From a virus, in IMG/VR virus record IMGVR_UViG_3300010885_075474, positions 5,016-69,015 of that record: a DNA stretch of 64,000 nt; one strand, 5' to 3'. The notes below the pieces were generated by a model that was not told the origin of the DNA, did no database searches, and was given only the letters and a program-made list of their open reading frames with translations. This document shows positions 57,225-64,000 of the stretch, piece by piece; the stretch's first letter is position 1, and each line of letters begins with the position of its first letter. Made by a program: the position numbers and the translations under genes.

Positions 57225-57902
57225 ATGAAAAATATTAGTAAGTGTGCAGCCGCCCGGAAATTACAGCAATGCGGTTTTATTGTGGAGCCGACCCCCTGTT
57301 ATTTTAATGGGATCTACATAGGCACGGGATTTTCCTATTATTTGCATAATGGCGGTTTATGCAGCGTTTCGAGTAGCGAACGCCACTACATTAGCACGAT
57401 ACGCCCGGGCAGATTCAAGACCAAGGACATTTTAAACGAGATAGGCCCAGGTATTGCGCAAATGTTTGGCATAGAAGACAAAGCGGTAGTATGGGAGAAG
57501 TTAGAGCGATGGGGAAAAGGTCCGTTTTTGTTTTTGGAGAAGTTAGAGCGCTTTTTAATCAATCCGCTAAATGAGCGGGCATATGAGGACGCTAAAGAGA
57601 TTATACAGCGTTACAGCAACCCGCACGCAGTTTTAACGGATATCTTAGATTCGGAAAGAATGTTGGGAAACGGATGGACGGCAAAGGAGGATAACAGTTT
57701 TTTGTACTTGGACTATTCCAATTTTCCGGAAAAGCGGTACAGGATTAAAAAGCGGGAATTTGCAGCATTTTTGCATAATTGCTATTTTGATACGGAACGC
57801 GGAATATATTCCCAGGATAAAAAGCGATGGTTTTACCACAAACACGGGGAATTTTCCCGCAATCATTTTATATTCAATTCACACAAACAAACGTCATTTT
57901 AA
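57225..57902 (+). CDS. Hypothetical protein
   Basis: Leading-region ORF. Confidence 0.65.
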   Translation: MKNISKCAAARKLQQCGFIVEPTPCYFNGIYIGTGFSYYLHNGGLCSVSSSERHYISTIRPGRFKTKDILNEIGPGIAQMFGIEDKAVVWEKLERWGKGPFLFLEKLERFLINPLNERAYEDAKEIIQRYSNPHAVLTDILDSERMLGNGWTAKEDNSFLYLDYSNFPEKRYRIKKREFAAFLHNCYFDTERGIYSQDKKRWFYHKHGEFSRNHFIFNSHKQTSF

Positions 57903-57903
57903 A

Positions 57904-58332
57904 ATGCAACACAATCAACAATTGCAGCAACTTGCCAACGAAAGCGGGCTTATTCAATGGGAACAAGTACCGCCGAAAGAGAAGGAGCGCACCGGCAAAA
58001 GACCATTGGCAAATTTTTATTGCCAATACAGCGCCGTAATCTTGCAGGAAAACCGGCCCCAAATGCAAGAGCGCATCTGTTTGCGCATTTTTCAAACCCC
58101 GGCCCGCTGCCATGCCGTTTTATGGGTGAAGGGCATCGGTGATATATCCGGCACCGTTACCGTTCAAGGCATCCAGACGGAACACGAAGCGGTAAGACAG
58201 GCGTTTAGCGCCGCCGGTTTTAATTTCTACACACCTGGACATTGCGCCTACGATACGCATACTATTTTGCAATCGTTCATTCAAAAGTATTTCCCAGAAA
58301 ATCAGTGGATTATTATACGCGCCCTTGCTTAA
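57904..58332 (+). CDS. Hypothetical protein
   Basis: ATG right after upstream stop. Confidence 0.65.
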   Translation: MQHNQQLQQLANESGLIQWEQVPPKEKERTGKRPLANFYCQYSAVILQENRPQMQERICLRIFQTPARCHAVLWVKGIGDISGTVTVQGIQTEHEAVRQAFSAAGFNFYTPGHCAYDTHTILQSFIQKYFPENQWIIIRALA

Positions 58333-58361
58333 CCTTTTTTTTCACAATCTAAATTTTTTTC

Positions 58362-59246
58362 ATGAAACACGCAATTGATATAAACAACAAAACAACAAAC
58401 TGCCGTATCAAGATCCGTTTAGACGACGAATGCAAGAACGGGCACCCAGATTTTTCAATAACTGCCGATTTTTGGAAGCCGGGAAGATCAAGAACCGACC
58501 GATATTTTAGCATGGGAGGTTGTTGCCATGATGAAATTTTAAAAATTCGCCCGGACTTAAAGCCTTTCATTGATTTGCATCTTTGCGACTTCAAAGGCGC
58601 GCCGATGCATTGCATCGCAAACGGGTGGTATAATGCAGTTAAAGCGGAGTATCACAACGAAAATGCAGGCCCGGACGCGCTGGCATCATATTTTAACATT
58701 GATATTGAAACCGCCACGATTTTATGCGCAGCGGAAGACAAAGAACATTTTCATTATTTAATTGAAAAACTGATGTTGCCCCAAGAATGGCAAGAAATCG
58801 CAACCGAAGTTATTAAGGTATTGGAGCAATGGACGGGCGAAATATTTGATGGTTCTATTTATCAAAAATCGCATTTTGAGCCATTGCCCCCGGAAGCCAA
58901 AGAAAAGATTAAGCAGCGCATTAAAGCGGGCTATTATGACCCGGCAAAAGTGGAGCAAAGGAAGAAGGAAAAAAACGTCACAGATTATGCCGCTAAAATT
59001 GCAGCGATCAAAGCGAACGCGCAAAAAGAAGTAGATAATATCAGAAAGAAGGAAAGTATTGAACTCGCTATGTGCGAGCTATTTCCCGACATCAAAAACA
59101 ATTTTATTTATTACAATCATTCTAATGAAATTGGTTTTGAATTTTTGACATACGGCGCAAAATACAGCCCGGAGGATCGAAAAAAAGCGCTTTCTGTTTT
59201 GGACGCAATTACACCAGGCATCAAAGAACACATAAAAACAAAATAA
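58362..59246 (+). CDS. Leading-region protein with putative metal-binding motifs
   Basis: DDECKNGH.DFSIT, GGCCHDEI, LHLCD..GAPMH...NGWY. Confidence 0.75.
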   Translation: MKHAIDINNKTTNCRIKIRLDDECKNGHPDFSITADFWKPGRSRTDRYFSMGGCCHDEILKIRPDLKPFIDLHLCDFKGAPMHCIANGWYNAVKAEYHNENAGPDALASYFNIDIETATILCAAEDKEHFHYLIEKLMLPQEWQEIATEVIKVLEQWTGEIFDGSIYQKSHFEPLPPEAKEKIKQRIKAGYYDPAKVEQRKKEKNVTDYAAKIAAIKANAQKEVDNIRKKESIELAMCELFPDIKNNFIYYNHSNEIGFEFLTYGAKYSPEDRKKALSVLDAITPGIKEHIKTK

Positions 59247-59319
59247 ATGATGAAACAAGTGCTTTATATTCTTTTATTTCTGCTTTTCTGCTTTTTTAGC
59301 AGATAGGCCAGGACGCGCA

Positions 59320-59353
59320 GCGCTGCCGATGCAAACCGGCAGCGCCTTTTTTT
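59320..59353 (+). terminator. Intrinsic terminator
   Basis: GCGCTGCCG-N8-CGGCAGCGC then CTTTTTTT. Confidence 0.7.
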
Positions 59354-59372
59354 CACACTTCAAATTTTTAAC

Positions 59373-59621
59373 ATGCCCACATTTTATAGAATTGACTTTT
59401 GGCACAAATCCGGCAACGGTTCAAAAACTTTCTTTGAAAAAACCGAGGAAGCCGCAAGGGCGCACGTTTTAAACATGGAGCCAATACGAAGCGAACAAAC
59501 GGAAGGCATAGAACATACATCTGTGCATTTATTTTGGTCTGATACATGCGACATGCAAGGATGGGAAATGTCAGACAAAGACGAATATACTCCGCAGAAT
59601 TACGCAACCCCTGATTTTTAA
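59373..59621 (+). CDS. Hypothetical protein
   Basis: ORF with typical AT-rich leader. Confidence 0.6.
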   Translation: MPTFYRIDFWHKSGNGSKTFFEKTEEAARAHVLNMEPIRSEQTEGIEHTSVHLFWSDTCDMQGWEMSDKDEYTPQNYATPDF

Positions 59622-59642
59622 ACATTTAAAATCTAAATCACA

Positions 59643-59909
59643 ATGGAAAAATACACGGTTTTCACCCTAACCGCCTTTTTTACGGGCATTTTACAGTTTT
59701 CAGACGAAAATAAGATTGTAAGAAATTTAGAAGAAACTGAATTACCCGCGCATGAATGGAAGTGTAATGATTATTGCCACGAAAACGATATTTTGACCGC
59801 TAAATATATTGCAGCGCTCGAAATAGGCCCAGGAAACGGAGCCACGTTTGTACACCAGCCCGAACCGGGCGACTTCAAAAACTATCTACACATACAGCGG
59901 AATTTTTAA
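59643..59909 (+). CDS. Hypothetical protein
   Basis: ORF in operon. Confidence 0.6.
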   Translation: MEKYTVFTLTAFFTGILQFSDENKIVRNLEETELPAHEWKCNDYCHENDILTAKYIAALEIGPGNGATFVHQPEPGDFKNYLHIQRNF

Positions 59910-59912
59910 ACG

Positions 59913-60455
59913 ATGAAAGTAACCGAAATTGCAGCCCATGTAAAGCAATGCGACCCGCAGCGCCTTACATGGGCATTCTTTATTGATAGCGCCGAATTTT
60001 GCGCCATCGACACGCACCAAGGTAAAACCGTTTTACTCAAATGGTCAAAATTTGATAAATGTTTTTATTGCGATTTATGCCCCAGCGCAAAGGAACCGAA
60101 TTTGTTTATCAAGTACCCACCAGGCCAGCGGGTAAAGAAGTTAACGCCCGCCAAAATTTCCGACCTGATAAACCGGGCAATATTGATAGACGAAGCCTAC
60201 CAGCAAGCAAGAGGAGAGCGGGCCCAGGCATACGAAACAAAGCGGGCAGAACTCGAAAAATTAGGGATCTACCCAGATCAAAGCCAGGTTTTTACCGCAG
60301 AAAAAGCCGGATTAATTTACACGGGCTTTTTTTTGCCATCCGGAGAATTCCAAGAAAAGGTAAAATTAGCGCCTGATTTTTCGCATAGTGCGGAAAATTG
60401 GCATCGTATTGTTAACGGCATATATGTTAAGGGCGCCGACTCCGGGCCCGAATAG
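59913..60455 (+). CDS. Hypothetical protein
   Basis: ORF in operon. Confidence 0.65.
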   Translation: MKVTEIAAHVKQCDPQRLTWAFFIDSAEFCAIDTHQGKTVLLKWSKFDKCFYCDLCPSAKEPNLFIKYPPGQRVKKLTPAKISDLINRAILIDEAYQQARGERAQAYETKRAELEKLGIYPDQSQVFTAEKAGLIYTGFFLPSGEFQEKVKLAPDFSHSAENWHRIVNGIYVKGADSGPE

Positions 60456-60460
60456 GCGCG

Positions 60461-60590
60461 TGTCGGTACGGAACGAATAGTTTGGAAATAGAATGTCGGT
60501 ACGGAACGAACAAAGCCATGCCGACCTGGAATTGCGGGCGACAACTATGTCGCTCGCAATTTTCTTTTGTGCCTTGTCGGTACGGAACGA
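60461..60590 (+). repeat. Three exact 16-bp direct repeats TGTCGGTACGGAACGA
   Basis: 60461-60476, 60494-60509, 60575-60590. Confidence 0.9.
60531..60568 (+). terminator. Hairpin/terminator between repeats 2 and 3
   Basis: ATTGCGGGCGACA-ACTA-TGTCGCTCGCAAT then TTTCTTTT. Confidence 0.7.
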
Positions 60591-60747
60591 GCATTTTTAA
60601 AATTGGTTCTAAAAACGGGCAGTATGGGCGCATATTGGTTCGGGCGCCTGTAATGTGGGTAGCGCCGAGAATTAATCCCTGAATATCAGCGCATTGGAAT
60701 ATCTAAATATAAATAAGAATTTTTTTCTTAAATAAGTACGTGTTTAA

Positions 60748-60779
60748 TTTGGTAGTTTCAGAACTGCACTTTATCTTTG
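60748..60779 (+). promoter_or_regulatory. Promoter with operator GTAG-N8-CTGC
   Basis: TTTG-N20-TATCTTTG. Confidence 0.8.
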
Positions 60780-60800
60780 TACCATCATAAAAAAAACAAC

Positions 60801-61079
60801 ATGAAAGATTTTTTTAAAACTATTACAGAGCAAATTACGGTGCCCTCAATAGCAAACTATGGAGAGATAGGCACTTACTATTTTGTTGTTCTCGTTTTTG
60901 AAAACGGCGAGTTTCGCGTGATCGGGAGTTTCCTGTATCGTATATTTCGCGAAGGATTATACACCACAGACGATCTGATTAACTTTGGCAAAGAGTGCGA
61001 GTTGTATCGAGTCGGAAAGCGCGCCCAAATGCCCTGCTGGTGCTACAAGGAGAAAGGACTCACATTTGAAGATAAGTAA
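60801..61079 (+). CDS. Hypothetical protein
   Basis: First ORF after promoter. Confidence 0.6.
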   Translation: MKDFFKTITEQITVPSIANYGEIGTYYFVVLVFENGEFRVIGSFLYRIFREGLYTTDDLINFGKECELYRVGKRAQMPCWCYKEKGLTFEDK

Positions 61080-61303
61080 TGGCAGGCGAACGATATGTTG
61101 GTTTATTGGTCGAATCAAGCAGTGTGCATTACGCGCACCGAGAATTCAGCCACACCGAGATAAGGAAAGGGCGCGAGGTCAATATGTACCATTGTTGGTG
61201 CAATGATCCGGATGAAGTGAAGCCTGCGTTCTCCGACAACCTGGAGATAAAAAAGGTGAAACAGTTCGATCGCTGGATTCGTGACAATCCAGAGGATCTC
61301 TAA
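61079..61303 (+). CDS. Hypothetical protein
   Basis: TAATG-coupled ORF. Confidence 0.6.
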   Translation: MAGERYVGLLVESSSVHYAHREFSHTEIRKGREVNMYHCWCNDPDEVKPAFSDNLEIKKVKQFDRWIRDNPEDL

Positions 61304-61556
61304 GATATAAACTTAGGAGGGATTAGACGGGCTATCAAGCGGTCCGTAACGAATCCATAAAGGAGATGGCATGGTCGCCGAAGCGTTTTGCAGTGTTTTT
61401 TCGCAGACGACCCAATCCGCTCTTTGAGTTGGCGCCTCCGTTTAATCATGTTACGCCAATGGATTCGATGTTTGGGCGGCCCCTGCCAGAATGGGGCTTA
61501 TTTGGAATAACCGGCATGATGCCGTATTCATATTTTTTTATCTAAACTTCATTTCA

Positions 61557-62138
61557 ATGAAAAACATCGGTTTTATTTTCGCACTCCTGCTTTGTGCAGC
61601 ATTTTGCCGGGCGCAGAATCCGTTCCATCCAGTAGTTCCGAAGCCTATTGATCAAAAGCCCGTAATGGGCATCATGGATGATCTCACTCCCCGCGGAGAT
61701 GCCGGGATTGGCTACTTGATGAATCCCCTGCGATTCGACTCCGTTGCGCCTACCTATGATCGCGGCATCGTGTATGCGGTCAAATGGCCAAATACGGGCG
61801 CCCAAGCGATTGTCTTCAATCCAAGTGCAGAACAAGGTTTTATTTTCGTGCCGCACGCCAAAGAAGGCGTCATTTTTAAAGCGGGCAATGCCAATTTTAA
61901 GGCCCAGATCGGAGATGGCTATTTGGCGGAATTTTCCGGCAAAGCAATCACCAATCGCCCTTATGACACCATGAAGTTGATGGAAGGGATAGCGCTATTC
62001 TATTGGAAAGAAAGCCTGGTCGCCATGTGGGATCCAGAATCGGAACAGATCAGCGTGTTTGACAACCGATACCCTGATGGGTATTTCATTTACTGCAACT
62101 GGCTTACCCAACCATCAGTTTATGGAAACGCCAATTAG
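61557..62138 (+). CDS. Secreted protein with signal peptide
   Basis: MKNIGFIFALLLCAAFCRA|Q. Confidence 0.7.
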   Translation: MKNIGFIFALLLCAAFCRAQNPFHPVVPKPIDQKPVMGIMDDLTPRGDAGIGYLMNPLRFDSVAPTYDRGIVYAVKWPNTGAQAIVFNPSAEQGFIFVPHAKEGVIFKAGNANFKAQIGDGYLAEFSGKAITNRPYDTMKLMEGIALFYWKESLVAMWDPESEQISVFDNRYPDGYFIYCNWLTQPSVYGNAN

Positions 62139-62496
62139 GATCTGGTATGTTCGAGCAAAGAGCCGTCTCCAAGTCTTGCTGTATTTGCGAGGCTTAGAGG
62201 TGGCCTGCCTCGAGCGGGAGGATCAGCGCGAAAAATATGCGCTGGAAATTGACTACGCAGTGACCGAAATCAAAAAATGGCTTCAAGAAGTCATGGAAAC
62301 GGGCACGGAGGAGGAAGTCAAGAATCTGGACAGCCAGGGCGCCATTTGGCCTGAAAAAAAGAAGGTCATTTGGAATTCCGATAAGCAAATCATTAATTCC
62401 GGGAATCTGAATTTGCCCGGTACGTCAATTGTTAACCTGGCCCCTGATATAGAGGCCCAAAACTACATCGCCATCACATATGGAAAACGAATTTGA
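62122..62496 (+). CDS. Hypothetical protein
   Basis: Overlapping operon ORF. Confidence 0.6.
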   Translation: METPIRIWYVRAKSRLQVLLYLRGLEVACLEREDQREKYALEIDYAVTEIKKWLQEVMETGTEEEVKNLDSQGAIWPEKKKVIWNSDKQIINSGNLNLPGTSIVNLAPDIEAQNYIAITYGKRI

Positions 62497-63424
62497 TTAC
62501 GGCCAGACCGGAGCGGTCGAAGGACAAGCCGTCATTTGGATATACACCAAAGCCAAGGACGGTAAATTCCAGATCGGAAAAGACGGCCCTGAAGCATCCA
62601 CGTTTAAAGGTCGGTTGACCAATTTTAAAGTACGCTGGATTGCGGAACCAGGCCATGAGGACATCCCGCCGCACTGGGAATATATCTTGTATTTAAAGGC
62701 CATGGATAAGACGGAGGGCGTCGTGAAAGATTATGCCATGACGTTTTCATCCCACTGGCGCAATCCGGCAACCAGCAACATGCTGAACGGCCTGGCTGGC
62801 ATGATCGAAAAAAATCCAGCTTGGACGGGCGGGATTGAGATCGGCATCTGGATATCGAAGCCAAAAAATTCCACGCGGGGGCTCTTGAATTGCAAATTGC
62901 GCGACCTGGCAGGCGCAGACTTTCCCAATAAGTTTCCTTGGGATGAAACAAGCAAATCATTCGTTGGTGTTCCCAAGATCCAGAGCGAAGGAGTCTATGA
63001 TGCGCCCAGTTTTTCCGCAGTGAACGACTTCTACAAAAATGTGGCAGACCAGATTGCTATGTTTTTCGGGAATGAAGCCGGTTCTAAATCCGGGCCATCG
63101 CAATCCTCGCAAGCCACGCCACCCCCATCCGCTCCGGCCCCCGCAGCACCGCAGCAAGCAGGCCAAATTGATAAGGCCATTGCCTTTTTCAAAAAGTCGT
63201 GCGAAAACGTCGATCCAAGCGGAATTATCGAAGCCGGTAAAAACACGCTCACCCTGGCGCTCAAAAAACCAGAAAAGGATCGATTGAGCCCATCCGAAAT
63301 GCTGGATCTCACCCGCAAGATGGTTGGCATCGGCATCTCCATGGGCATGCCTGCCGGAACCTGGGAAATTAAAGATGGCGCCGCCTTGTGGGTGCCGAAG
63401 ATTGATGACGACCTGCCGTTTTAA
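62480..63424 (+). CDS. Putative single-stranded DNA-binding protein
   Basis: Beta-rich N-domain, P/A/Q/S linker, C-terminal DDDLPF. Confidence 0.6.
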   Translation: MENEFDYGQTGAVEGQAVIWIYTKAKDGKFQIGKDGPEASTFKGRLTNFKVRWIAEPGHEDIPPHWEYILYLKAMDKTEGVVKDYAMTFSSHWRNPATSNMLNGLAGMIEKNPAWTGGIEIGIWISKPKNSTRGLLNCKLRDLAGADFPNKFPWDETSKSFVGVPKIQSEGVYDAPSFSAVNDFYKNVADQIAMFFGNEAGSKSGPSQSSQATPPPSAPAPAAPQQAGQIDKAIAFFKKSCENVDPSGIIEAGKNTLTLALKKPEKDRLSPSEMLDLTRKMVGIGISMGMPAGTWEIKDGAALWVPKIDDDLPF

Positions 63425-63427
63425 ATT

Positions 63428-63643
63428 ATGGAGCAGACGACGAAAGAAACAATTACCGACCTGGAATTTGAAAACCTGGCCGAACTGTCAAAGCGTGTTC
63501 GCACGTTGGCAAAGGACCGAGGTTTGAACACGAACGATCTGGCTAAAATGTTCGGCTATAAAAATTACCGCTCTATGCGAGCGAGTAATCCCTGGATGAC
63601 AAAGCGATTGCCCATTGCGATTTTGATCCTGTCTGAAAAATGA
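63428..63643 (+). CDS. Small HTH (XRE/Cro-like) regulator
   Basis: LAKDRGLNTNDLAKMFG. Confidence 0.55.
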   Translation: MEQTTKETITDLEFENLAELSKRVRTLAKDRGLNTNDLAKMFGYKNYRSMRASNPWMTKRLPIAILILSEK

Positions 63644-64000
63644 TAAAACTAAGGCCATATCAGCAGCCCTGTGTAGACGCTATCCTGGAATATTTCAAAG
63701 GCGATCACCAAAAGGCCAAATTAGCAGTCGCACCCACGGCAGCCGGTAAGTCTATTATCATTGCAAATGTGGCATCGCAATTAGACGGGAACGTTCTTTG
63801 TTTTCAGCCGACAGCGGAGTTGCTGGACCAGAACTTTGAGAAATACCGATTGTATGCGAATGACGCCGCCATCTTTTCTGCTTCGCGAAATCAGCGGAAT
63901 ATCGCTCGCGTCACGTTCGCCACCTTGGGCACCGCAAAATCACATCCGGAGATTTTCAAGCAGTACAAGTATCTGATCGTTGATGAGGCGCATCTCTATC
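63640..64000 (+). CDS. SF2 DEAD/DEAH-box helicase, truncated by the window end
   Basis: LRPYQ, PTAAGKS, LIVDEAH (absent from the ORF track because it has no stop). Confidence 0.9.
   Translation, partial: MIKLRPYQQPCVDAILEYFKGDHQKAKLAVAPTAAGKSIIIANVASQLDGNVLCFQPTAELLDQNFEKYRLYANDAAIFSASRNQRNIARVTFATLGTAKSHPEIFKQYKYLIVDEAHLY

Larger units (their letters stand above)
1..64000. mobile_element. Tailed bacteriophage genome segment (crAss-like head/tail block, probable Bacteroidota host)
   Basis: Terminase-portal-scaffold-capsid-ring-muzzle-ejection protein gene order; dense overlapping genes; no host housekeeping genes. Confidence 0.93.

Noticed and set aside
60461-60590. Mini CRISPR array
   Set aside because: Repeats are only 16 bp with unequal spacers (17 and 65 nt), and there are no cas genes.
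61455-61520. tRNA or permuted tmRNA (…GCCCCTGCCA…GGGGC…)
   Set aside because: No proper T-arm, no G3-U70 pair, and no cloverleaf could be built.
63663-63680. Fifth operator copy (GCAGCCCTGTG…)
   Set aside because: Only the left half matches, and it lies inside the helicase CDS with no promoter boxes.
1-64000. Stop-codon reassignment as in some crAss-like phages
   Set aside because: Long genes are intact in code 11, and TAA, TAG and TGA all end genes.

Overview
The whole window is part of a tailed-phage genome, most likely a podovirus-type phage with a crAss-like head/tail gene block. The host is probably in Bacteroidota, based on TTTG-N20-TAnnTTTG promoters and signal peptides cleaved before Gln. 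No host genes, tRNA/rRNA, CRISPR array or reverse transcriptase were seen. Layout: (1) 1-6.4 kb, + strand, small early genes and a PAPS-reductase-family gene. (2) 6.4-12.4 kb, - strand, replication operon (initiator-like protein, primase-polymerase/AAA helicase, tyrosine recombinase, PD-(D/E)XK nuclease). (3) 12.5-54.3 kb, - strand, late block: a split GroEL-like gene, two GroES-like genes, metacaspase, secreted muramidase, two fibre-like proteins with signal peptides, terminase, portal, capsid, ring/muzzle proteins, and ejection proteins including a 3226-aa polyvalent protein. (4) 55.3-64 kb, + strand, leading region with a RadC/JAB gene, an SSB-like gene and a truncated helicase. Best leads: Sec-signal-bearing tail-fibre-like proteins; a full divergent chaperonin set with a GroES fusion and a GroEL split just after a G-GGU-UUU heptamer; two A10 runs whose -1 frames give basic amphipathic tails; one palindromic operator inside four promoters; and a 294-bp in-frame cassette flanked by direct repeats. 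All calls come from motif recognition by eye, with no database searches. Several frame breaks may be assembly errors.
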